Of a DNA stretch of 64,000 nucleotides, positions 38,032 to 48,869 are shown one piece after another. This stretch comes from Callorhinchus milii. Its lineage: Eukaryota. Position 1 is the stretch's first letter. Each line of letters starts with the position of its first letter. Below the pieces are notes generated by a model that saw only the letters and a program-made list of their open reading frames with translations, did not search any database and was not told the DNA's origin. Where the stretch lies: positions 124,808,001-124,872,000 of the forward strand of contig NW_024704742.1 in NCBI RefSeq assembly GCF_018977255.1, written 5' to 3'. A program made the translations under genes and the position numbers.

Positions 38032-40240
38032 CAACAACAACAACAACAACAAGATTCCATTTATAAAGCGCCTTTCACGTCAGGAGGACGTCCCAAGGCG
38101 CTGCACAGTTGGGTCAGGACCCGAGCAGGGGGGGAAATGGTCAGGGTGAGGGGAGGGAAGGGAGGGAGCGAGGAGGGGGGAAATGGTCAGGGTGAGGGGA
38201 GGGAAGGGAGGGAGCGAGGAGGGGGAAGAGAGTCGAGAGGGAAGCTGAAGGCTCGGTCAAAGAGAAAGGTTTTGAGACCGGCCTTGAAGGAGGAGAGGGA
38301 GGAAGCAAGGCGAAGGCACTGGGGGATGGAGTTCCAGAGCCTGGGGCTGAGAGGCTGAAGGCCCGACCACCGATGGTAGGGCGATTGGGGCGGGGGACGT
38401 GGAGCAGACCGGAGCCGGAGGAACGGAGGGTACGGGCAGGTAGGTAGGGGGATAGTAGGTCAGAGAGGTAGGAGGGAGCAAGGCCGTGAATGGCCTTGTA
38501 GGTGAGGATGAGGATCTTGAAATCAATCCTCTGGGGGATGGGGAGCCAGTGGAGGCGAGCGAGGGTGGGAGTGATGTGGTCGCGAAGCCTGGTGCGGGAC
38601 AGTACACGAGCTGCAGAGTTCTGAATGACCTGCAGCTTGTGGAGGGAGGTGGCGGGAAGGCCGGCGAGGAGAGAGTTCCCATAGTCCAGCCTTGAGGTGA
38701 CAAAGGCGTGGACCAGGGTTTCAGCAGCGTGAGGGGTGAGGTAGTGCCGTAGTCTGGCGATGTTCCGGAGGTGATGGAAGGCGGTGCCAGTTGTGGTGCG
38801 GATGTGAGGGAGAAAGGACAGCTCAGGGTCGAACAAAACGCCGAGGTTCCTGACTGGCTTTGAGAGGTGGAGAGTGCAGCCTTGGATGCTGATGGTGTCG
38901 GCGCCTGAGGTGCGGAGGCGCTGACGTGAGCCAATCAGGAGGGCCTCGGTTTTTCGCACGTTGAGCTGAAGAAAGTTGTCTCTCGTCCAGGACTCGATGT
39001 CGGACAGGCAGGCTGTCAGGACATCGGTGGTCGTGGAGTTGAGAGTAGAGGAGGAAAGGTAGAGTTGGGTGTCATCCGCATACATGTGGAAGTTAACTCC
39101 ATGTCTGCGGATGATGTCACCAAGGGGGAGCATATAGAGGGTGAAGAGGAGGGGACCGAGGACAGAGCCCTGAGGGACACCACATGAGACAGTGCGGGGG
39201 GTGGAGGAGAAGCCATTTGTCGAGACAAAGTGAAGACGGTGAGAAAGGTACGACCTAAACCACTCAAGGACAGTGCCTTGAAGGTTGAGGTGGGAGGACA
39301 AGCGGTGGAGTAGGATAGCGTGGTCGACCGTATCGAATGCTGCCGATAGGTCGAGGAGGACGAGGAGGCAGAGGGAGCCCTGGTCACAGATGGTCAGGAT
39401 ATCATTGGTGACCTTGACCAGGGCAGTTTCTGTGCTATGGGCAGCACGGAAACCTGACTGAAGGGGTTCGAAAAGTGAATGGGTGGAAAGGAAAGAGCGC
39501 AGTTGGGAGGCGACAACTCTTTCCAGGACCTTGGAGAGAAAGGGGAGGTTGGAGATGGGCCGGTAGCTTGATAGCTGCGACGCATCAAGGGAGGGTTTTT
39601 TCAGGGTGGGCGTGATGGTGGCAGTTTTTAAGGGAATGGGGACAGAGCCAGAGGAGAGGGACAGGTTGACAATGTCGGTGATATGTGGGGCAAGAAAGTG
39701 GAGCTGGGAGATAAGGAGTGGAGTGGGGATGGGGTCAAGGGAGCAGGTGGTTGGTTTCAGGGATAGGATGAGTTTGGTGACAGAGGGTGGGGAAACGGGT
39801 ACAAAAGTGAGTAGGGGAGGATGGGTAGCAGTCGGAGTGTGGGAGTGAGGGGGTGGGGGGTTGGTGGATGTTGGAGGGGAAGTGACCGCGGAGCGAATTC
39901 CCTTGATCTTGGATTCAAGGAAATCCAGCATCTCCTCGCAGTGAAGGTTGGAGGAGATGACCTGCGCGGGGTGGCGGGGGGGACGGAGGAGTCGGGTTGT
40001 GGTGGAAAACAGTAGCCTGGGGTTGTTCTTCGCCTCCAGGATTATCCTGGAGTAGAAGGATGACTTGGCCGAGGCTAGAGTGGAGCAGTAGATTTTGAGG
40101 AGGTCCAGCCAGATTTGTCGGTGGACCGTTAGGCCAGATTTGACACAGGTGCGTTCAGCAGCCCGCACCTGGCTCTTCAGTGAGCGGAGGTGGGTGGTGT
40201 ACCAGGGGGAGGAGCGGAGAGTAGGAGACAGTGCAGGAAG
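38032..40240 (-). mobile_element. Very young 5'-truncated L2 LINE, 2.2 kb
   Basis: (TTG)n tail, 3' stem-loop, G-rich tandem UTR, high CpG retention; TTAT duplicated at 38028-38031 and 40241-40244. Confidence 0.97.
38141..40168 (-). pseudogene. L2 ORF2 reverse transcriptase region (675 aa open frame; endonuclease lost to truncation; 1 bp frameshift near 38343)
   Basis: [58 protein letters not shown]. The C-terminus leaves the frame kept by the 43727 copy (4 vs 5 C in cagccccc). Confidence 0.95.
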
Positions 40241-40297
40241 TTATGGGACCTTGTTGTGTGCAAATTGGTTACCATGATTGCCTACAGATAAAAAGTC

Positions 40298-40385
40298 TGA
40301 AATGATATACACTGTCCAGCTCCTTGGGACGTCCTCCCGATATGAAAGGTGCTATACAAATGTAATCTTGTGTTCCTGTTGTTGT
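40298..40385 (+). mobile_element. Short L2 3' end
   Basis: Matches 41939-42030; AGTC at 40294-40297 and 40386-40389. Confidence 0.85.
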
Positions 40386-40751
40386 AGTCACTACACTTGA
40401 CAGGAATTACCTGTGAAGCGCTTTGATGCATTTCAATCTTATAATCATTCAAAAAGCAACTGTGTAAGCACTGGTGCACTAAAAACATTAAGGAATAAGG
40501 GAGGAAGAGCTACCCAGTGGGATTAATAATAAAACGGACGATTTAGAAAAAAAAGTAGTACTGGCTCAGATACAATGGCCTGAAACGTTGATTTCTGTAC
40601 AGAAAATTTCTGTTTCTTTATTAAATAATGACTCTTGATGGTAACCAGATGTGCATTATTTTGACCTGCAGGAATTGTGCTCTGACATGATCTACGTATG
40701 TAATGGAGCTCCTGTAAGCTGATAGTTATTTTGCATTGTCTGTTATGAATA

Positions 40752-41600
40752 CAGTAAAATTCGATTAATTGAATATCAGATAACTGAATAGTTCGGTTTA
40801 TTGAATAAAATTCAGAAATCCCAAACGTTTGATCCAATCTAAGACTATAAATTGTTTAATCGAACACCGGATATACTACAAATTTAGTTTATTGAATAAT
40901 TTTCCCCCGCGACCATTTGTAGAAAAACCAATTAATCTGAGTCTGGATAAACCTATGATCCAAAACCACTACCTTCTACAGTGCAGCGTGAATGTCATCA
41001 GTGTCCTCTGCTCCTTCCCCCTCCCCTTGCCTCACTCCCCAGAGAGATTACCGCTAATTGATTGGTTGGCCAGGTGCACTTGAGGAAAATAAGATAATAA
41101 TCCTTGAATTTGATATCACGTCTTCGAGACATCTCAAAGCACTTCACAGACTATTCTGTAAAGTGAATTGACTGTATATTTTGTGGATGAAACGCGGCAG
41201 TCAATTTTATACAGCATTGTCCCACAAACAACCGTGGATTGAGTGACCAATTTTTTTTTAAGGAATTATTACCCTCGGAAAAGCGATCCACCAATGAACT
41301 AATTTAAGGGTTCCTACTTACTGCTAGGTAAACAGAGACGTGTGGAGTAAGGAAACTTGCCCAATATTTCGCCCTGCCGGGGATCAAAGCCAGGTCTCTC
41401 GCTTGCGAGGTGAGTGCTCTAACCACTGAGCTACAGGATGTGACTGAATGTGGAGGAGAGAGTTTGCTATTCTGGAGGCCATGCTGCTCGAGCTCCATAA
41501 CATGAGTCTCCTCTTATGTTTAGTTTTGTTATATGAATAGTCCAATTTATTGAATAATTTTCACTGTCAATTTGAGTGAACAGTTAAGAGAATTTCACTG
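40752..41600. mobile_element. Non-autonomous Tc1/mariner (pogo/Tigger-like) DNA transposon
   Basis: TA|CAGTAAAATTCGATTAATTG ... CAGTTAAGAGAATTTCACTG|TA (16/20 inverted match); three subterminal tttattgaataa repeats; nested SINE. Confidence 0.8.
41093..41438 (-). mobile_element. tRNA-headed SINE, long subfamily, full length, nested in the DNA transposon
   Basis: Minus-strand tcctgtagctcagtggttagagcactc head through aggattat tail. Confidence 0.9.
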
Positions 41601-41749
41601 TATTGTGTAAACTCCTCTCTCCAGAAATACATCCAATTGTCTTTAGAATCTACTAATCAGCTTCCATGGGCCTTCCTGGTAATTTATTACACAAGACTTT
41701 TGGATTTAAAAAAATTCTGTCTAATTTTGCGCCTCAGCATAACTTTGTT

Positions 41750-42032
41750 GTCCCAACCATTGGCGGGAGAGCCTTCAGCCACTCTGCCCCCAACCTCTGG
41801 AATTCCATCCCCAGTCACTCCGCCTCGCCCTCTCCTTATCCTCCTTCAAGTCCCGCCTCAAAACCCTCCTCTTCGACCATGCCATCGGCCACCCCCCTTC
41901 CCCTTCCTCCCTTCTCCCCCCTGACCCCAGCTCGGGTCTGAAATGCTGTACACTGTCCAGTGCCTTGGGACGTCCTCCCGACGTGAAAGGCGCTATACAA
42001 ATGTAATCTTGTTGTTGTTGATGTTGTTGTTA
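41750..42032 (+). mobile_element. L2 3' end fragment
   Basis: [20 protein letters not shown], stem-loop, (TTG)n. Confidence 0.9.
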
Positions 42033-42074
42033 CTTTTAGCTTCAGTGCTGTGAATCCTTGGCAATAGTGAACAA

Positions 42075-42340
42075 TTAGAACCACAGAGATTTACAGGACA
42101 GAAGAAGGCCATTCAGCCCGTGCCTCTGTGATGGTTCTTTTAAAGAGCAATTTTTCAGTCCCATTTACTTGCCCTTTCCCTAAAAGGAGTTTACTCTGTT
42201 TTAAGATAGTTATCTAGTTTCTTTTGAAAGCTAATATGGATTGCGCCTCAACCACCAATCCAGCAGAGCATTCCACATCTTCACAATTCCGTGTGTGAAA
42301 AAAATTCTCACCATTTGCTAGCTATCTTAAATTAATATCA
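42075..42340 (-). mobile_element. CR1-clade 3' end remnant
   Basis: acagaagaaggccattcagccc and agagcattccacatcttcacaattccgtgtgtgaaaaaattc are typical reverse-strand CR1 tail sequence. Confidence 0.7.
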
Positions 42341-43726
42341 GGATCAATTAGTCTGGATTGACGTTGTCAATCTCTTTCACAAATGTCAAAACTTCAATTA
42401 GGCCACTCAAAGTTCCCCGTCTCTCATCTTTCTTTGTTTGGGTGGGTGGGGATATAAATGTAATAGAACTCATTGTATTCATGTGAAAATGAGAATTATC
42501 AGCCACCCATTTTATATTCTGTATCATGATTCAGTGTGCAACTGTTACACTGTGGAGAACCGCAAGAGGAATTTTTTCCACCAAAGATTCAATGGAGGCA
42601 ATCCCCATGAGAAAGGGAGCAGCACAACTCAGAGAATGAAGGCATAAAAGCTACACTGAAGATTTGTCATTAAAGTAATAAAACATCCTTCCTACTGGCG
42701 TTTTTCAGCAATCCTTCAGATCAATTGAATGTTCAGCTTGTGGATGCATGTGAGAACATTGGTGGCACAAAATGGTTTGTGCCTCTGTTTATTTTGAAGC
42801 ATCCTTTTCTTAAAGATATGTTCTTGGCCCTTTCACCATATAATAATAATAATTGCATCAAGTTGAAAAGTATCACATCACTTTACAGAATTTACTGCAA
42901 AGAGGGCTGATTCGCCCACAAATATACGGTCAATTCACTTTACAGTCTATTTTGAGAAGTCGAGAAGACATGAAAAGCGCGATATCAAATGCAAGGATTA
43001 TTATTATTATATTTGTAGGTGAATGCAGAAACAAATTTGCATATAGTAATGTCCCACAAACAGCCATGAAGTGGATAACTAATTTTTCACTTGAGGGATG
43101 TTGGCCAGGACACCACAAAACACTTAACTATTTGAATAGTGCTATGGAATCTTTCCCAACACCTGAGCAGACAGAAGACGGTACCTCAGTTTAACATCTC
43201 ATCCAAGGGACAGTATATCCGACAATGCAGTGCTCCGCCACCACAACATTGCAGTGTTTCCTTCTTCCCTCCCTGTTTTTATCGTTTGTTGGAGGATTTG
43301 GTTAATTGTCAAACAGACTGCCTTGGGCATTGTTTGCTGAACTGCTGGTCGCTACTGATGCACTATATCTTCCTGTCACAAGATGGCAGTGTTAGGCTGT
43401 ATTAGAGGTTTATTTTAGCAGTACAAAACCATTGAGGCGAGTATATCTGATTAACCCAAAACAACAGTGGACTTATTTTACTCACTGTGCATAAACAAAA
43501 CACAGTGTGATCATTCACCTTCAACAGATGACATTTTCAAAGCTCACATCCTTAATTATACTGGTGTGAAATTTACAATTTAACAACCATGTTGAGAGCA
43601 TTCATCACACACGGTTTGAAAATCTGCTATATCGTACTAACAGTAAGGAGTGTGTGTGCGGAGGGGTGGGGCAGGGCGGGGCAGGGGTGCAGCGCAGTCT
43701 AATCTGGACTCATTTGGACTCATACC

Positions 43727-44593
43727 GCATCCAAGGCTGCACTCTCCACCTCTCAAAGCCAGTCAGGAACCTCAGCGTTTTGTTCGACCCTGAGCTGTCC
43801 TTTCTCCCTCACATCCGCACCACAACTGGCACCGCCTTCCATCACCTCCGGAACATCGCCAGACTATGGCACTACCTCACCCCTCACGCTGCTGAAACCC
43901 TGGTCCACGCCTTTGTCACCTCAAGGCTGGACTATGGGAACTCTCTCCTCGCCGGCCTTCCCGCCACCTCCCTCCACAAGCTGCAGGTCATCCAGAACTC
44001 TGCAGCTCGTGTACTGTCCCGCACCAGGCTTCGGGACCACATCACTCCCACCCTCGCTCGCCTCCACTGGCTCCCCATCCCCCAGAGGATCGAATTCAAG
44101 ATCCTCATCCTCACCTACAAGGCCATTCACGGCCTTGCACCCTCCTACCTCTCTGACCTACTATCCCCCTACCTACCTGCCCGTTCCTCCGGCTCCGGTC
44201 TGCTCCACGTCCCCCGCCCCAATCGCCCTACCATCGGTGGCCGGGCCTTCAGCCTCTCAGCCCCCAGGCTCTGGAACTCCATCCCCCAGTGCCTTCGCCT
44301 TGCTTCCTCCCTCTCCTCCTTCAAGGCCGGTCTCAAAACCTTTCTCTTTGACCGAGCCTTCAGCTTCCCTCTCGACACTCTTCCCCCTCCTCGCTCCCTC
44401 CCTTCCCTCCCCTCACCCTGACCATTTTCCCCCCTCCTCGCTCCCTCCCTTCCCTCCCCTCACCCTCCCCCCCCCTCACCCTGACCATTTCCCCCCCTGC
44501 TCGGGTCATGACCCAACTGTGCAGCGCCTTGGGACGTCCTCCTGACGTGAAAGGCGCTTTATAAATGGAATCTTGTTGTTGTTGTTGTTGTTG
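43727..44593 (+). mobile_element. Very young 5'-truncated L2, near-identical to 38032-38889
   Basis: ORF 43654-44421 repeats the C-terminus of the 675 aa ORF; TACC at 43723-43726 and 44594-44597. Confidence 0.97.
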
Positions 44594-44686
44594 TACCCAC
44601 TAATCTCCATGCTGAAAGCACAGCTCAATCTCCACTGGGTATCAGCTGTATGCCCAGTGTCTTCACCCAATCAGGTTTGAACAGGA

Positions 44687-45072
44687 CAACAACAACAACA
44701 AAATTACATTTATAGAGCGCCTTTCACGTTGGGAGGACGTCCCAAAGCGCTGAACAGTCAGGTGTCGGGGCCCGAGCATGGGGGAGGGGGTGGTGCAGGA
44801 GTGAGGGAAGGCAGAGAGGTGGGAGGGAGACCAAAGGCACGGTCGAAGGGAAGGGTCTTGAGACCGGCCTTGAAGGAGGCGAGGGAGGAAGAGAGGCGAA
44901 GGGACCGTGGGATGGAGTTCCAGAGTGTGGATGCAGAGAGGCGAAAGCCCGGCCACCGATGGTAGGGCGGGTCGGGCGAGAGACATGGACCAGGCCGGAG
45001 TCTGACGAACAGAGGGAGCGGGCAGGTTGGTAGGGAGTCAGCAGGTCAGAGAGGTAGGAGTGGGCAAGGCCA
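44687..45072 (-). mobile_element. L2 3' fragment, tail-to-tail with the 43727 copy
   Basis: [25 protein letters not shown]; same subfamily as 30548. Confidence 0.93.
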
Positions 45073-45227
45073 GTAGTGTCAAATGCAAGGGCTTGAGGTA
45101 GAAGAGTCACTAATCCACTGAGCTGTCACTTCATGTGTGATGTATGTTCAATAATCTGAATTTCTACCTGGTCTTAACCTGTAAGATCATTTTATTTTAA
45201 AATGAAAGATTGTGGAAAATTATTATA

Positions 45228-45540
45228 CTAATAATGCTCTGCATTTGATATAGCGCCTTATCACGTCATTGAGATAAATTAAAGTGCTACACAGAATATA
45301 TTGTAAAGTGGAATGATTGTATATTTTGTAGGTGAAACGCAGCAGCCAATTGCGCACAGAAATATCCCATAAACAGCCGTGGATTGAGTGACCACATTGT
45401 TTTTTGGAGGGATTATTACCCTGGAAAGTAATCTGTCAATCAACTAACAACAACAACAAAATGACATTTGTATAACAGCCAGGTTTCTGCTTACTGCTTG
45501 GTAAACAGAGGTGTGTGAAGTAAGGAAACTTGCCTAAGGT
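45228..45540 (-). mobile_element. SINE long subfamily with a ~35 bp L2 tail inserted at about 45446-45478
   Basis: Tail, body, ttactgcttggtaaacagagg..aaggaaacttgcc; insert acaacaacaaaatgacatttgtata. Confidence 0.8.
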
Positions 45541-48109
45541 TATATCAAATGAAAGGATTATTATTATTATTGCAGAACACACCCAGCACTGCATTGGACT
45601 GTTAACTTGAACCCACAATCTTCTGACTCAGAGGCAATCGTGCTACCAAATGAGCCAGCCTGATCCCCTAATGACTGGTCTACATCTCTATGTTTCACAA
45701 AAAGCCAGTCTGGCCAGTCCTAGTGACAAGTCCAACTAGTGATCAAGTTCAAGATGATCTGAATCTGGCCTGTTCAATTGTATTCCATTCTGAGTTACAC
45801 AGGGTAGAAAATGGGTTCTCTACAGTACAAGGAATTCAAGCCGAGACTGATGAAAGGCTTGGAGCTGAGCCATGTTTTCATTGCGCTGTTGATTGACAAC
45901 AGTTTTAGTGTTTCAGTTCTGGCTCTGAGTTCAATTGTTTGAGGTTGAACCAAATTGAATACAGTTAAATCCTAATAAATGTGTAACTACTTGGCCAAGA
46001 AATGTCACACTCCTATCTGGATTATGCCTGAAGCAGGATTTTTTATGAACTGAAGACAGAAATTGCCAATTGGCAAATCTATGCAGTGGCCCATCCAGTT
46101 ATTTTCTTTACATTTCAATCCAGAATGAGGACAAAAGTTACAATGATATTCTTTATACACAAGGAATATGAATTTTAAAGCACCTAATTTTGCACACGTT
46201 TGCCTGCAGAATACACAGTCACTACGTTTTACAATAAATCCTATGAAGCGTTTTGAGATATCCTCCCGACATGAAAGCACTATATCAAATGCAAGGATTA
46301 TAATAATCCTTGCATTTGATACATTGCCTATAACAAGCTTCACAAGATGTCTGTACACATAGCAATGCACACAATCTGCAAACAGCAGTGTCCCCCTAAC
46401 AGCCATGAAGTGAATGGCCAGGACTCTGGGATAAATGCCCTTTTTTGAATAGTAACTTTTTTTTTGGTCAGTCAGGTATCTGACTTGTGCAAATCCATAC
46501 CTACAAGATATTAAAGAATAATATGTGGAAATGCTAATACAGAATTATTAATAGCTTTAAAAATAATTATATGAAATATTTAATGAAACTGCAAGAAAAC
46601 TGTAAAACAATCTCTGCAAAAGGTGAATAAAGATTAATATGAGTTGTTTGTTGGTGAATGATAGGAGTCAACAATGAATTGAATAGAATGGAGGATTTAT
46701 TAAGTAATTACATGGGAGAACTGAATACTTTGAGTAATCTCATAGAATTATTGTACAAGGTACTTTACTAAGTAACATTATACTAGGATCGACAACATCA
46801 TTTTACAGTTTGATAAAGTACTTCATTAAGTAATTCAGTAGTAGGATTGAATACTTACTGAGCAACTCTATGGTAGTAAGGAGTACTTACTGAGTAAGTC
46901 AGTTCAATATTTCACAGAGCATATGGTAGATTTAAGGATGTCTGTCATTAATTCTGTGGTAGGAGCTCAACAATGAAATACTTTTATGAATTCTAACTGC
47001 ATCATTTAGTGCACCACAGTAGACTTACCATGACTGACAGAAATGAAGGAAGTTAGTCAAGAAGGAAAAACTATTTATTGGAGAAAAATAAATTCATGCC
47101 AATTCAAGTGGCAGCAGTTATTTTGCTCCACTCAAAGTTAAAATGTTACAGAGGTCCATTTTATACATCTATCTCCTATCCTATTTCAGAGTCAAGGTAT
47201 AGGATTTGGGGAAGTACTGAAATTTCCACGGTTGTCTTAAAATTAAAATAATAATATAATGATATGATAATATATAATACAATGTGGAAAATTGTGGAAA
47301 ATTCTTAAATTCAGTCTTAATACATGGTTCTCAAAAAGGCTGAGATGATGAGGAATTATGGGCCTCAGCTATTTTGCAGATTTTGTACATTTTACACCCT
47401 TGCTATTATATTTATTTTCCTTTTAGGTTCGGAGCATGATTCCGACAATTGCACAAATGCATTTTTTTCTGTACGGATTTTAAAATACCTCATTGCTTTT
47501 TACAATATGGTTTATTCTCCTAAAATTCACTCACAAGTGGCTTTCAACATTTGCACAACTGCTTTTTGTGCCATTCTTTGGCTATTTTCTTTCACCTTCA
47601 GCACTGAAGAACAAGCAGGCTTGATATATATATATATATATTATATATGTGGACTGAGATAGTATTTTCTCCTCCATTTAGCAAGGAGAGGGGAAGTGGA
47701 CAGGAGAATAATGGATCAGCCAGATCTGTGCTGCCTTCCTTTGATTTTCTCCTAATGCATAAGATCAAAAGGTCTGTTATTCCGATCCCAGCTGAAAGCT
47801 GGTGTTAGACCAATGCAGCAGCTGCAAGTATTCTCTCTTTTCATGGAGTTCATAGACTCATGTCTTCAGTATGAAAGGAATGGACATTTATTTTTACCTC
47901 TTAAAAACAAGAAAAGAAACTCTTCCACATGCAGGCTTTTACCTATTGATCTGTCTCCAACATTCTATTTTCTACAGCCTTCAGCTGGGCCACAGTCCTC
48001 TTCTATGGATTTGAATTGAAATTACATTAAGCCAATATTCAACATTAAGCCACATTGCCCAATATTCCTCCTTTGTGCAAATTTTTAAATAAACTTTGAT
48101 TACGTCCAC

Positions 48110-48575
48110 TTTAAATCATCTCATTGCCAGAGAGGAATGCTCCAGCAGGTCCAATCTTTCTTGATATCTATATCCACTCATTCTTGGTAGCATCACAGTA
48201 AATTTACACTGCACTCTCTCCAATGTTACATTATACTTCCTGCAGTATAATGACAAAACTGCACACAGTTCTCTAATGTGGTCTGAACAAAGTTTTAGAT
48301 AAATTTAACATCAATTTCCTACTTTTATACTCTATTCCTTCAGACATAAAGACAATGACTCTATTTGCATTCTTTGTGGCCTTGTAAACCTATGCTGCTA
48401 CTGTTAGTGTTATGAACTGAATCGCTTTGTTCCTCTACTCCTCTCAGATTCCTATTATCCAGGCCATAGCCAGCTTTGTTATTCTTCCTACCAAAGTGAA
48501 TCATTTCACATTTCCATGTATAAATTTTCATCTGCCATCTACCCGCCCACATTCAAACACATTGAATTTCTTGTG
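48110..48575 (-). mobile_element. CR1-clade RT C-terminal remnant
   Basis: ORF 48361-48552 WAGRWQMKIYTWKCEMIHFGRKNNKAGY resembles CR1 W...WQM.FN..KC.V.HFG. Confidence 0.8.
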
Positions 48576-48869
48576 TTTTGTTTCATTTTCTACCAATATT
48601 CTCTGTGTCTTGGTCTCTTCTTGCTCTTTCTCCTCTCCTAAAAGGGTTCGACTCCTTTTTCTCTTGTGCTTGTGGGTTGTGGGTCCACAGTCAATCTACA
48701 GTATGAAATCATGAAATATAATCAAATTACCTTACAAATAATTCAGTAAAACATAAATAAAACCAAGTTAGGTCCCAGTGTCCTCAGTGTCTTTTACACA
48801 CTAGGTCACTGGAGGAACATTTGTAATTGCTTTAACTTTGTTTGGTCAAAGTAAACATCAGCCCTTCTA

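Larger units (their letters stand above)
37052..40435 (+). mobile_element. One Deu-domain SINE in four pieces (37052-37118, 37816-38031, 40241-40297, 40386-40435)
   Basis: The pieces concatenate in consensus order (head, Deu core, tail) once three inserts and their short duplications are removed. Confidence 0.8.

Noticed and set aside
38141..40168. Functional or domesticated RT gene
   Set aside because: 5'-truncated with no promoter or endonuclease, the listed start is an internal GTG, and the C-terminus is frameshifted; the open frame reflects young age.
38257..44545. Long Pro/Ser-rich and Gly/Glu-rich ORFs overlapping L2 copies
   Set aside because: Alternate-frame and antisense shadows of C-rich L2 ORF2.
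48775..48812. Small imperfect hairpin CCAGTGTCCTCAGTGT / ACACTAGGTCACTGG
   Set aside because: Single copy, short and outside the Helitron boundary; no supportable function.
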